From Podarcis pityusensis (Eukaryota), in NCBI GenBank assembly GCA_964106645.2, contig OZ067043.1: DNA of 64,000 bases. The stretch is one strand, 5' to 3'. Numbering within the stretch: position 1 is the first letter of the stretch; every line of letters starts with the position of its first letter. Below, piece by piece: positions 9,842 to 23,112 of the stretch. The position numbers and the translations under genes were made by a program. Under the pieces are notes generated by a model. That model did not search any database. It was given only the letters and a program-made list of their open reading frames with translations, and had not been told where the DNA came from.

Positions 9842-12800
9842 GTTGTTTAGTCGTGTCCGACTCTTCGTGACCCCATGGACCAGAGCACGCCAGACACCCC
9901 TGTCTTCCACTGCCTCCCGCAGCTCGGTCAGACTCATGTTTGTCGCTTCAAGAACACTGACCAACCATCTCGTCCTCTGTCGTCCCCTTCTCCTTGTGCC
10001 CTCCATCTTTCCCAACATCAGGGTCTTTTCCAGGGAGTCTTCTCTTCTCATGAGGTGGCCAAAGTATTGGAGCCTCAGCTTCACGATCTGTCCTTCCAGT
10101 GAGCACCCAGGGCTAATTTCCTTAAGAATGGATGCGTTTGATCTTCTTGCAGTCCATGGGACTCTCAAGAGTCTCCTCCAGCACCATAATTCAAAAGCAT
10201 AAATTCTTCGGCGATCAGCCTTCTTTATGGTCCAGCTCTCACTTCCATACATCACTACTGGGAAAACCATGGCTTTAACTATATGGACCTTTGTTGGCAA
10301 GGTGATGTCTCTGCTTTTTAATATGCTGTCTAGGTTTGCCATTGCCTTTCTCCCAAGAAGCAGGCGTCTTTTAATTTCGTGACTGCTGTCACTATCTGCA
10401 GTGATCATGGAGCCCAAGAAAGTAAAATCTCTCACTGCCTCCATTTCCTCCCCTTCTATTTGCCAGGAGGTGATGGGACCAGTGGCCATGATCTTCGTTT
10501 TTTTGATGTTGAGCTTCAGACCATATTTTGCGCTCTCCTCTTTCACCCTCATTAAAAGGTTCTTTAATTCCTCCTCACTTTCCGCCATCAAGGTTGTGTC
10601 ATCTGCATATCTGAGGTTGTTGATATTTCTTCCGGCGATCTTAATTCCAGCTGGGGATTCATCCAGCCCAGCCTTTCGCATGATGAATTCTGCATATAAG
10701 TTAAATAAGCAGGGAGACAGTATACAGCCTTGCCGTACTCCTTTCCCAATTTTGAACCAATCAGTTGTTCCATATCCAGTTCTAACTGTAGCTTCTTGTC
10801 CCACATAGAGATTTCTCAGGAGACAGATGAGGTGATCAGGCACTCCCATTTCTTTAAGAACTTGCCATAGTTTGCTATGGTCGACACAGTCAAAGGCTTT
10901 TGCATAGTCAATGAAGCAGAAGTAGATGTCTTTTTGGAACTCTTTAGCTTTCTCCATAATCCAGCACATGTTTGCAATTTGGTCTCTGGTTCCTCTGCCC
11001 CTTCGAAATCCAGCTTGCACTTCTGGGAGTTCTCGGTCCACATACTTCTTAAGCCTGCCTTGTAGAATTTTAAGCATAACCTTGCTAGCGTGTGAAATGA
11101 GTGCAATTGTGCGGTAGTTGGAGCATTCTTTGGCACTGCCCTTCTTTGGGATTGGGATGTAGACTGATCTTCTCCAATCCTCTGGCCACTGCTGAGTTTT
11201 CCAAATTTGCTGACATATTGAGTGTAGCACCTTAACAGCATCATCATTTAAAATTTTAAATAGCTCAGCTGGAATATCATCACTTCCACTGGCCTTGTTA
11301 TTAGCAATGCCCATTTGACTTCACTCTCCAGGATGTCTGGCTCAAGGTCAGCAACCACACTATCTGGGGTGTACGAGACATCCATATCTTTCTGGTATAA
11401 TTCCTCTGTGTATTCTTGCCACCTCTTCTTGATGTCTTCTGCTTCTGTTAGGTCCTTTCCACTTTTGTCTTTTATTACAGTAATCTTTGTACGAAATGTT
11501 CCTTTCATATCTCCAATTTTCTTGAACAGATCTCTGGTTTTTCCCATTCTATTGTTTTCCTCTATTTCTTTGCATTGCTTGTTTAAGAAGGCCTTCTTTC
11601 TCTCCTTGCTATTTTTTGGAAATCTGCATTCAATTTCCTGTATCTTTCACTATCTCCCTCGCATTTTGCTTGCCTTCTCTCCCCCGCTATTTGTAAGGCC
11701 TCTTTAGACAGCCACTTTGCTTTCTTGCATTTCCTTTTAATTGGGATGGTTTTAGTTGCTGCCTCCTGTATAATGTTACGAGCCTCCATCCATAGTTCTT
11801 CAGGCACTCTGTCCACCAAATCTAAATCCTTAAACCTGTTCCTCACTTCCACTGTGTATTCATAAGGGATTTGACTTAGATTGTATCTTACTGGCCCAGT
11901 GGTTTTTCCTACTTTCTTCAGTTTAAGCTTGAATTTTGCTATAAGAAGCTGATGATCTGAGCCACAGTCAGCTCCAGGTCTTGTTTTTGCTGACTCTATA
12001 GAGCTTCTCCATCTTTGGCTGCAGAGAATATAATCAATCTGATTTCGATGCTGCCCATCTGGTGATGTCCATGTGTAGAGTCGTCTCTTGTGTTATTGGA
12101 AAAGAGTGTTTGTGATGACCAGCTTGTTCTCTTGGCAAAACTCTATTAGCCTTTGCCCTGCTTCATTTTGAACTCCGAGGCCCAACTTGCCAGTTGTTCC
12201 TTTTATCTCTTGACTCCCTACTTTAGCATTCCAATCCCCTATAATGAGAAGAACATCTTTCTTTGGTGTCATTTCTATAAGGTGTTGTAAGTCTTCATAG
12301 AATTGGTCAATTTCAGTTTCTTCAGCACCAGTGGTTGGTGCATAAACTTGGATTACTGTGATGTTAAAAGGTCTGCCTTGGATTCGTATCGAGATCATTC
12401 TATCATTTTTGAGATTGCATCCCAGTACAGCTTTCGCCACTCTTTTGTTGACTATGAAGGCCACACCATTTCTTTTACGGGATTCTTGCCCACAGTAGTA
12501 GATATGATGGTCATCCGAACTGAATTCACCCATTCCCGTCCATTTTAGTTCACTGATGCCCAGGATGTCAATATTTATTCTTGCCATCTCATTTTTGACC
12601 ACATCCAACTTACCAAGGTTCATAGTTCTTACATTCCAGGTTCCTATGCAATATTTTTCTTTACAGCATTGGACTTTCCTTTCACTTCCAGGCATATCCG
12701 CAACTGAGCGTCCTTTCGGCTTTGGCCCAGCCGCTTCATCAGCTCTGAATCTACTTGTACTTGTCCTCCACTCTTCCTCAGTAGCATGTTGGACGCCTTC

Positions 12801-12929
12801 CGACCTGAGGGGCTCATCTTCCAGCGTCATAACTTTTATATGCCTGCTGCCTTTGTCCATGGAGTTTTCTTGGCAGGGATACTGGAGTGGCTTGCCAGTT
12901 CCTGCTCCAAGTGGATCACGTTTGGTCAA
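9842..12929 (-). pseudogene. BovB APE-endonuclease/reverse transcriptase ORF broken into four pieces
   Basis: APE motifs IGTWNVRT, DILGISE, QVYAPT, IIGDWNA; RT motifs NYRTIALISH, FIDYAKAFD, GVRQGCILSP, LRYADD. One premature TAA at 12093-12095 and frameshifts near 11595 and 11310. Confidence 0.93.
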
Positions 12930-13040
12930 AGCTCTCCACTATGACCTGTCCATCTTGGGTGGCCCTGCATGGCATAGCTCATAGCTTCTCTGAGTTATTC
13001 AAGCCCCTTCACCACAGCAAGGCAGTGATCCATGAAGGGG
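9842..13040 (-). mobile_element. Near full-length RTE-BovB LINE
   Basis: 12-bp TSD TTGCAAGCCATT at 9830-9841 and 13041-13052; ~3.2 kb. BovB-type 5' end (GGATCACTGCCTTG...) and 3' end (...GAGTCGGACACGACTAAACAAC). APE and RT ORF pieces. Confidence 0.96.
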
Positions 13041-14211
13041 TTGCAAGCCATTACTGTATCCCAATGGCAAATATGTGAGTAATAGTGAATTGATATCAAA
13101 TTATATTATACAGCTATATGATTATACAAAAGCATTATTATAGACAAGACTACACAGGGTGGACCTTTTCTCCCAACATAACTAACTGTTCATCCTACTA
13201 TAAAGACTTTGTCCTGAAACACTTTCAAAGAAGTGGCCAAGAGTTAAACTTCAAGCCCTTGTTGCTTGTAAGTGATGATCGCATCTTGGATCACTGCAGC
13301 AGTCTGTCACTACCTGCTGCTTAATGTATTGAATTCTAGGTGTTTGAAGTGCTAAAGATTTTGTAATTAGGCCACTGCCTGCTTGATGTAACAAAGAGAC
13401 ACATAAGATGCTACTCCCACCATGACTCCCACCAAAAACCTCTTCCCTGTCCATGCAATCCATTTAGCAAGGATAATGCTTAAATGCCTCTTCAGCATGT
13501 GCCAGTTTAGCATCTGAACAGTTTCACATTGGTGTGAGCTACCCCCTGGGCTATGTGACACTAATGCTCCATGCTTTTAAATCAGTACATAGGGCAGGAA
13601 CACTTAAATAATAATTTGGTACACACAGATTGCTTGGCAGGAAGCTTTCACAGCAATTGTGAATGAAGACCTATGTTTAATTTAACACTAAGAGTTGCAT
13701 ACGATGGTTACTCATGTTTACTCCAAGTATGATTTAGTCAGATATCACCCTAAGGCTGTGACATCAAACAAACTGTCCCAGTGAAAACTATGTCCAAAGA
13801 TATCAGCACAACATTTTAGGTATTGCAGATTTAATCTTTTAATATGTAAGCAACCAAGTACTGCAAATTCTGTTTGATAGTCAGCTGAGTATAATATTGG
13901 TCTACATAATAGCTACTTTCATGGTTACAAGAGAATGTACAAAATGTTTATTTTCTCTAATAAGCTAAATCTGAGAGAAATCTACCATAGAGAATTGCAA
14001 CCACTTTTCTCAAGACAAACCAAAAATGAATTGGGGTAAGCCCTAAAATATATGGATAAAAAGCCCTGCTAGTGCAATCATAAATGATGTAACCATTTTG
14101 CAAGCAATTCACATAAATTACTAAGGGAGAAATAAACAAAATATCCGATGGGTTTTCTCAGTACAAAGCATTTCAAACATAAAAAACAATGAAGGGAGAC
14201 AGTTTTTAATA

Positions 14212-14290
14212 CTCTGTTGGGAGCCGCCCAGAGTGGCTGGGGAAACCCAGCCAGATGGGCGGGGTATAAATAATAAATTATTATTATTAA
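14212..14290 (+). mobile_element. LINE (L2/CR1-group) 3' terminal fragment with short ATT tail
   Basis: GCCGCCCAGAGTGGCTGGGGAAACCCAGCCAGATGGGCGGGGTATAAATAATAAATTATT; a related reversed copy lies at ~46078-46140. Confidence 0.6.
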
Positions 14291-14586
14291 GAAGGAGGGA
14301 GAAATTAGGTGTACTGGGATAAGAAAAGCAGAGGTCACTGACCTAAAAAGGAGATAAAGAAAGATAAGGAATTATGTGAGTGTAAATGTTTGTGATATGG
14401 AAACGCAGGGAGGAAAAAAGTTATATGGCTAACTCTGCAATCCTATGCACACCTACTTAGAAACAAATCCCACTCAACACAAGCCCTATTCATGCATTTG
14501 CCTGAAGACATTATGACTTATAGTGGGGAGAAGGTGAGAAATCCTCTTACTTGGAAATACATCAGGCAGAGAAAGTAATGACCTTT

Positions 14587-14947
14587 AGGTAAAGGTAAAG
14601 GACCCCTGACAGGTAAGTCCAGTCACAGACGACTCTGGGGTTGCGTCACTCATCTCGCTTTACAGGCCAAGGGAGCCGGCGTTTGTCCACAGACAGTTTT
14701 TCTGGGTCATGTGGCCAGCATGACTAAGCCGCTTCTGGCGAACCACAGCAGCGCACGGAAACGCTGTTTACCTTCCTGCCGGAGCGGTACCTATTTATCT
14801 ACTTGCACTTTTTGGCATGCTTTTGAACTGCTATATTGGCATAGGCTGGGACCGAGCAAAGGAGCTCACCCCGTCGCAGGGATTCGAACCGCCGACCTTC
14901 TGATCAGCAAGCCCAAGAGGCTCAGTGGTTTAGACCACAGCGCCACC
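14587..14947 (-). mobile_element. Sauria SINE
   Basis: tRNA-derived head with B-box GGTTCGAATCC, core AAGTAGATAAATAGGTACC, (ACCTTT)n tail. Homologous to 24982-25332. Confidence 0.9.
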
Positions 14948-15148
14948 TTTAAGTACTTCTAAAAACATTGCTCATTTTTATACAGTTTTCTTCCTTTACT
15001 TAATTTTAGGAACTTTTATTGAACATTGTTTTTTGCACTTCATTTAGCAGTATTCTCCTTTCATTAATTAACATACTTAACTTTTAAAAACAATTTTAAA
15101 GTAGAAGATGAGTGCTGTTCCTAAGACATGCAAACTTCAGGGACAAAA

Positions 15149-15285
15149 CATGGGCATAGCCGGGGGCCGCAGGGAGGGAGCTGCCCCCCCATCAAGAAAA
15201 TAAATAAAAATGTTAACTAACTGACCGATTGCGTCACAGATAACTTGGTTCTGCCCCCCTCCCCCAAATCCTGACTACATTGATG
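15149..15285. mobile_element. Degenerate hAT-like MITE
   Basis: Imperfect TIRs CATGGGCATAGCC / GACTACATTGATG; flanks GGACAAAA / GTACAAAG (6/8). Confidence 0.4.
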
Positions 15286-17180
15286 GTACAAAGTATATTG
15301 TATGTTAAAAACACAATTAGGACCCACCATGCCTCATTCCTAAATTCCAGCTTTGATGATGAGTGTGTGTGTTCCAGATCAGGACCACACCATGAGGATT
15401 TTAACCCTTTTCTTGTTGTGTTTTCTGTCCAAAATCCTCCCCTAAGTTATTTTCTCCTGAAGCAAATTTGCTGCACCCTGTCCCCAGGACACTGCTAGCC
15501 CCACTTAAGATAGTATGTAGTTTGGCCCTAAGGCCACTCCAAACAGGGCGTTATTCATACTGTTGTAAAAAGTGATGCTAACACATAAAATGCATTACAA
15601 AGATTACAGGGATAGTAAATAATGGGAATTGGACAAATGCTTTTATAGGGAGCAAAGAAGCAAAAAAGAAAAAAGCATCTAAGTCTTTAAATGTTTTATC
15701 AGGCAGGGATTTAAAGCATCCTACAGCAAATTCTTAGCCTTGAAAATCACTACAGCAGTGACATATCTGGTCCTTAAGAAGGCTTGTGCAGAAATGGCAA
15801 GGGTAATGAGTTTGCCCTTAAGAGGTTAGACATTCTGCAACCACAGCTAACTTTACCTTGAGACCCTGCCAGCTCTCTCATCTTGAAGCACAGACAGGTA
15901 TGCCCTGCACAATTCCACTCAAATGAAGTGTGTGTATTAATGCCACTCATGAATCACTGCCCCACTATTTTTTAATCTATTTTAATGCAATAAAATCAAA
16001 GCATTAACAATAATATGAGGCAGCTACTAAAAATATACAGCAGACTGAAAAGTTTTTAAAAGGAAAAAGAAAACCAAGGCTTGAAAAGAACAGGCTTTTT
16101 ATATACTGTGTGTGTCTATAATCTGTACTGCTTTAATTAATAAATACATTATTAGTGTAATTTGTTATAATGTAACTATTTTACAATATAACAAGGGTCA
16201 AAACTGTGTGTTTGTATGTGTGTGTTTTAAAACAAAGCAGTTCTCTGCAGCACCTTCACCAATTTAACTCCTACACATTCTATTATTAGCACTTCCTCGT
16301 TTTTATTTTCCAGTCTCCTTGCGCTATAAAAAACAGTGTTTCCAAGTAAAGCACAGCTCTGTTGAAACAAAGATAAAATGTGGCATAACTTGACACAGTG
16401 CATCGATCCACACAATTAAATATCTCTATTATCTTTTATTTATATAAAATCCTATTCATTTGATTTTCTTTCCCAGGTCTCTAGTTAGCATCTGAATATT
16501 CTAATTCTCATTTGAGATTTGGTGAGTGAAAAAGCCCCAGCAGGCTTTTGATGCCTGCTTATCACATCACTAATTCTCATTTGTGCACTTCCAAAGCCCC
16601 TTTGAGTATGCATTTAGGCATTTCTTTAAAAAAAGAAAAGGAAAAGAAGAATAGTAGCTATAATTAGAGCCTTCTCAAAATTAGTGTCATAAAAGAACAA
16701 TTGAATGAAAACCATGAATAACTGAAATAGGAGTGATGGGAGTTTAAGTAGGACCTATACTAAAAAAAATATGACTATTAAAAATCTGATCCATAACTGT
16801 AGACTATTATTAGAAGACCTACAATTGTGCTGCTTTGGACAGACTCCATGCACGTGCACTGCAATACGATCTATGCTTCTGAGCAGGTACTGCCTCAGTC
16901 TTTACACTCATTCAGCTTAGACTGTGAACCCATATGGCATGATTGGGAGTACCATGATTTGCCTGTAGAATTGAGGGAAAAGGAAGAAACTGAGTGGTGT
17001 ATAAGAAGTTAAGGAAGATGTGTATTAGAAAGAAAACAAAGAAGCAATCTGTGAAGGGATGGAATATCTTGGTCTCAATAATTCTATATAAACACTTGGA
17101 AGACTTGATCTCCTGAATGTTATTCCTTTACCCCACTGAAGGAACCCCACTGAATCATACTACTGGTTTAATGTATCAAA

Positions 17181-17306
17181 GAAGAAGAAGAAGAAGAAGA
17201 AGAAGAATTTATGCCCCACATTTTTCCCTGACTGGGACTCAAGGCAACTTAGATAAAAGAAGAACAGCTAAAACATTGGGGGGGGGGGGCAATAAAAACA
17301 ACAACT

Positions 17307-17349
<43 letters not shown>
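17181..17349. repeat. (GAA)n and (CA)n microsatellites associated with a reversed LINE 3' end
   Basis: GAA run at 17181-17206, G run at ~17278-17289, CA run at ~17310-17349. Confidence 0.9.
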
Positions 17350-17352
<3 letters not shown>

Positions 17353-17449
17353 TAATTATACGATCTATTAAAAACATGCAAATAATTTTGATTAAAACAC
17401 AACAGCACTAGCCAGATTCAACCTTTGTTATCTGCATTGACTTCCAATC

Positions 17450-17720
17450 AATTTCTGGGCCCGGTATTAACCTTTAATGCTCTAAATGACTTGAGGCTAG
17501 GTTACCTGAAAGATCATCTCCTCCTATGTACATCTGTCAACATTAAGATCTTAATCAGAGGTCCTGTTCTATATTCCCCTGCCAAGTATGGTGAGCCAGG
17601 TGGCTAAGTAGAGGTCCTTTTTGGTGGTAGCACCCTGGTTATGGAATGCCCTCCCCACTGAAGATTACATGGCACTTAAAATCTTTTAGGCGTTATGTGA
17701 AGATCTTTTCATTATTCCAG
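17450..17720 (+). mobile_element. Old L2 LINE 3' fragment
   Basis: VLTFNALNDLRLGYLKDHLL, followed by a degenerate APxLWNALP-coding sequence. Confidence 0.6.
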
Positions 17721-18399
17721 GTTTATTAAAATTATGCTTTGGTATTTTTTAGTCCTTGGAACAATTTATTCTTGGCTGGGTTTTCATGCTGTTTTGGAAT
17801 AATTTAATGCTAGTGTTGGGGAAAATTTGGGGTTCAATGCTCAATACCCTGTGGGTTCAGCCAACACTAGTTTCCCCAACACTAGTTTATAGATATTATT
17901 GTTTACATTTATTTGATAGCTTATATATTACTGCTTTTTTGAAAAACTGTGAACTGCTCAGAGGGAGGAAGGTAGGTGACAGTCAATTTGTGTCAAAACT
18001 AAATAAATGCATAACAAATAACAATTCTTATTAGACATTTCCCAAATACGATTTGGCTGACTTGGCAACCATGCTAAATTACATCTTGATCTGCAAAGGA
18101 GGAAGACATCGTAATTTAGGACTAAGGTTATTGATAGTATAATGTTAGAATGCTTTCTATGTAACACCCCTGAGTAGGCAAAGGAAATAAATTGTGCTGT
18201 TCCTGTTAAACATGCATCCTTATTTGGGCCAAATGTAGAATAAATATTACATGATAAACAACAATAATGAAAAATGATTAAACAGCAAAGGTTCTGAGAT
18301 CTCAGATATCTGAGGCTGACCTCTCTATACCTAAAAAAATATAGCATCTTCATATTTGCATAATTTGTTGTTAGAAGACTTAAAACACAATACACTGGA

Positions 18400-19067
18400 T
18401 AAAAATCAGCAGGGAGGGAACAGTTGGCTGGGCCAGGGAGATCATCAAAGCCTCTTTACAAGAGGGGGTGGTCCCTGCCTGTTTGAAGGAGACAGTGGTA
18501 AAAACATTCCTTAAGGAACCTTCCCTGGATTCGGAAAACCTAACTAACTTCTGGCCAGTTGCTAATCTCCCTTTCCTGAGCAAGGTTCTGAAGCAAGTGG
18601 TCACAGTCCAGATCCATGTGCTTTTGGAAGAAATTGGTTTTCTGCATCTATTTCAAGCGGTGTTTAGGCCCAGTTTTGGCACAGAAACTGCTTTGCCCAC
18701 CCTGTATGATGATCTCTGATGAGAGACAGACAGAGAGAAGGGAAACATGTCCCTGTTAATTCTTCTCGACCTCTCAGCAGCTTTCAATACCATTAACCAT
18801 GGTATCCTTCTGGAGTGACTGTCAGAACTAGGGGTCGGTGGCACTGCTTTGCAGTGGTTCCAGTCTTAATTGGATGGTCGTTCCCAGAGGGCATTACTTG
18901 GGAAATGCATCTGACTGGCATCCTATGCCCTTTTAAAATGTGGGGTGTTTTTTTTGGGGGGGGGGGGTTATTGGATTGTTTTTATTTTGATTGTTTATTT
19001 TGTGTTTTTTATATTTTGATTTTATTCTGTGAACTGAACCTCCCTGAGACCCCTGGGTATAGGGCGG

Positions 19068-19114
<47 letters not shown>
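18400..19114 (+). mobile_element. L2-clade LINE fragment: RT N-terminal part joined to the 3' end with a (TAA)n tail
   Basis: PACLKETVV...PSLD..NLTNFWPVANLPFLSKVL...FQAVFRPSFGTETAL and LLDLSAAFNTINH. After ~18900 the sequence jumps to a 3' UTR; TAA repeat at 19070-19114. Confidence 0.8.
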
Positions 19115-19115
<1 letters not shown>

Positions 19116-20145
19116 TTTTCAAATATTTTATTTAGCTATTGACATACTATGATAGATGGAGAAGTCCAATATTGGATATCTATTAAATAATAATGTTTTA
19201 AAATCCTTCAAGTTTTCTGTTGTTTTCCTACAAGCAAAGTTTCACTGTATTCTCCAAAGGATGTATCCCCTACAACAGCAATTGTTGCAATAAGAACTAC
19301 CAGCATAACACTGCTTTAAAATTTTGTATAGTTTCATTTCTATTTCCATGTCAAATGTAAACATGAAGAAAGTGACCTTGGATATAAAATATAAGAAGGC
19401 AATGTCAGAATTGATAGGACCTACCATTAGTATTTCATTCTGACAGGTAGGAAATAGGCATGTCAGCACTGAATGCTACAGACTGAGCTGTGGCCCTGAT
19501 CACAGTCAAAGCGGTAAATTTCATCCTACCAAAGTAATTTTCAGCAAAAACAAAAAGTGCTTAAATAATACAACAAAACTGTCTAGAGAGAGGTATAATT
19601 TTTTCATCCGAACTGAAAGACAAACAAATGAAAGTGATATACACAACTTTTGTGTTGTGTAAATATCAGTAAAACATTATTTGCTACTAAACAAGATTAT
19701 TGTTACAAATTTATAGCTAAGGTTTTGCGTCTTAAAAAACTTACTTGGCTGATATAGTGGAAAGTTCATGGAAAAAATGTTTTAATTTAGTTAATTCTTT
19801 TAAAAGGCAATGCAAATAGAATGGAAAAAATGTGTTTATGCATGCAATTAATGAAACAAGACAAAGATTACAACAAGAAGTAACACTGTCTAATACACGA
19901 TGGTGGGCTCCTCACTCAACATTTAGTTATGTTTGCCTGAGCACTGTTGGAAAGCCCCTATCCAACAAACAACCTTCCATTTTTAATTCCTATTTTATAA
20001 CTTCAGCAAGACCATTTTTTCCTTCACTCACTATCTCGTGCAAACCTTGTCCAACTTTTGACACGTGTTTGTAACATTGGGAATGAGGGACAGACTGGGA
20101 GCTCTGCTAGTGTACCAGCTGCCCTGCTACAATGATTACCCAATA

Positions 20146-20638
20146 CAGTGGTACCTTGGTTCTCAAACACCTTGATAGTAAAACAACTTGGAACCCAAAC
20201 GCTACAAATCCGGAAGTCTTCCGGTTTGTGAACTTTTTTTGGAAGCCAAATGTGCTCCGTTTTGAGTGTTGTGCTTCCGATTTGAATGCCACACTCCCAT
20301 TTTGAGTGTTACGCTGAGGTCTGTCTGTTTTTGCTATTTATTTTGCATTTTTGTGGCTCTTTTTTGTTTTTGTGACTGTGTGGAACCCAGTTCAGCTACT
20401 GATTTATTGACTGATTGATTGTGTGACTGCAGTACATTGTTTATTGCTTTCATTTTATGGAACAATGGTCTCGTTAGATAGAAAAATTCATGTTAAATTG
20501 CTGTTTTATGGGTTGTTTTTAAAAGTCTGGAATGGGTTAATCCATTTTGCATTACTTTCTATGAGAAAGCGCGCCTTGGTTTTGGAACACTTTGGTTTTG
20601 GAATGGACTTTCGGAATGGATTAAGTTTGAGAACCAAG
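20146..20638. mobile_element. Tc1/mariner (pogo/Tigger-like) non-autonomous element, right TIR truncated
   Basis: TA|CAGTGGTACCTTGGTTCTCAAAC on the left; GTTTGAGAACCAAG on the right, lacking the final GTACCACTG. Confidence 0.75.
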
Positions 20639-22821
20639 AAGGATATTGTGGACACCTGGCAAAATAGTCAAGAACTTAGAGTACCAACTAGGAAAGACTA
20701 TAGTATCTAGGAGTTTTTAGTTGATACCTCCTTCCCCCAACAAATGTGTGGCTCAGTTAAGTGCAAAACTAAACTACATAATCATGCTGAATATAATTCT
20801 GTATATTTTAATTTATCACATTGCTCTTTTTGTATTTTGAAGTGACTGTGATGAATTATCTCTAGATCTTTTACTAAAAAACTAAAGCAACTTAAAACTG
20901 TGGACACAGCGTAGTACTAGACATTAGGAATGTTTTGGCATAAATTTGTTGTAGTATTCAGGTTAAATATTCCCTAATCTACTTAAAGAAATTAACTCCT
21001 TGATCTGTTGGATTTCACAGGGGCTTTAAAAGCTTCCTGAATCCTTTCCATAACTAGAGGCACTGCTAAATTAGTTGTGAGAGCAAGAAGGGCATCTGAC
21101 CATTTGTGTGTGTTTACATTCTGATGACATTAGCCAATGAGTATTTTGGTTCTTCTTTCTTCCAAGTAACAGGCTGGGTCAGAAACTACTGCCATATGAT
21201 GCTTCTGCTTTTTGCTGGATTACTTTTGCAGATGGAGTCACCATCAAAACTAAGAGAGGCAGATTATTATTTTTATAAATAACCTGCAGAATACATTTGT
21301 TCCATGAAGAAATCTACATACCCCCACTTTGAATATGGTCACAAGGACAGAAGAACGCCTGCACCAAATCCTTTAATTTTTTTAATGTTATTTCACTAAA
21401 GGATTACATATTTATCCTTGTTCTTTATAATACCTTTAATGATGTGCTTTAGAGGTCTCTAATTAAGATTCAAAGCATAAAAGTGTGCAAGAGCTGATAA
21501 CCCACAGAACTTAACAGATTCTCATTAACATTCAAATGCTTCCTTCATTTGGACCAAGACAGTAAGACTTTTCCACCTCGGTGGCAGACACTAATGATAC
21601 TTGCAAATATGACTAATGTCTTCATTGGTGAAAAATTAATGCACCACAATAATTTTTCTACCTGGGGTTAATGAACATGTCACATGCTTAAAATGAGTTG
21701 TTTGAAAGTAAATTACTATAATCTATATTTAGAAGACACTGCTTTTAAAATGAAAGTCTATACTATGTTTGATGTCGCTTACTTTTACCATGAATTCTAT
21801 TATTCGCCAAGTAAGACTATCTGCTGTGCTAATGGATACTGGATTTTTTTCCCATTTCCTTAGAATGTCCATTATTTCAAGGACAGAGTGCACAGTTGCC
21901 ATAAACAACAAGAAGCTAATCATCAAAGCTAAAAAAACAAACATTCTGAATTCTAACAGAAGCAAAGCCAGGGTAAAAGCTCAGGAAAATATTTTCCTCT
22001 GTTATGACCTTTTGGCTTATCCCACACAGTGATTTCAAAATTGTGGACTTAACTGTTTCCCTGGCACTTTTCCTCAGATAACAGTGATTGAATGATGCAC
22101 ACAGTTGACTAATCCAGGAAGTGAAAGTTTCAATAACTACACTCAACAAACCAAAAGGATATGGTTGTTTGAAAACGTAAGAGTCCTCATGATTCTATTT
22201 ATTCATTTATATTTCTAGCACATTTTGTGGAAAGCAACATACACAATCTTTACATAAGCTTTACAAGAATGACCCATACTGCAGTGTGTAGATGAAGCTG
22301 AGACAGATACAGATAAACCAATGCAGATAAAGCAACCTGAAAGAGGTACAAATTAACCTAGGCCAGCCCAAGCCATTTCGCTGCCAAAAGCAGAGCCTAG
22401 ATTGTACTACCTGCCCCCTGCAACTTGGACTAACATTTTAAAAAGCCTTGCTGCAACAGATACTTTGTCTGTTATACCCATACACACCCATGATGCCACC
22501 CAAAACAAATTGCTTCACCCTGATGCATAGTGGGGTCAGCATTGTTTGTAACCATATTGTCTGAGAGGACTCAGTGAATTTGCACAATGCGGCATACACT
22601 TCAGCCTTCACTCAATATAGCAGAGGTCTGTTTGACTTCATGCTTTTTCCATTACATGAGGCAACCAATATGCCGCTAGCAAATGCAAAGTACTACTATT
22701 TTTTGTTGATGTCTCCTAGTTCCCAACATGTGGGGCTAAGTAAGCTAATGCAGATTCGTAGGTCCCTCTTGAAGTTGTGGAATACCAACTAGGAGCCCGT
22801 AATCAAACTATGTTACTTGAT

Positions 22822-23112
22822 TCTACACAAGGCAGTGATGGACAACAACTTGGATGGCTTTAAAAGAGTATTGGACAAATTCATAGAGCATAAGGCTGCC
22901 AGTGGCTACTAATCGCAATGCTCTGCTTCCATGGTGGGAGGCAGTAATACTTCTGAATACCAGTTGCAGGAAGTCAAAGGAACATAGATTCTTCTTGTTC
23001 TCAGGTCCTGTTTGCCAGTTTCCCATAGACATCTGGTTGGCCACCATGAGATCAGGATGCTGGACTAGTAGGCCATTGGCCTGATCCAGCAGATTCTTCC
23101 TGTGTACTTATG
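22822..23112 (+). mobile_element. CR1 LINE 3' fragment
   Basis: GTGATGG..AACTTGGATGGCTTTAAAAGAG.ATTGGACAAATTCAT...GGCCTGATCCAGCA; homologous to 42230-42610. Confidence 0.7.

Noticed and set aside
9840-13078. Multiple plus-strand ORFs of 60-140 aa
   Set aside because: They are antisense shadows of the BovB coding sequence.
21729-21965. 78-aa ORF with a hydrophobic N-terminus (possible membrane micropeptide)
   Set aside because: Non-ATG start in the ORF track, hydrophobicity explained by T-rich sequence, and no splice or homology support.
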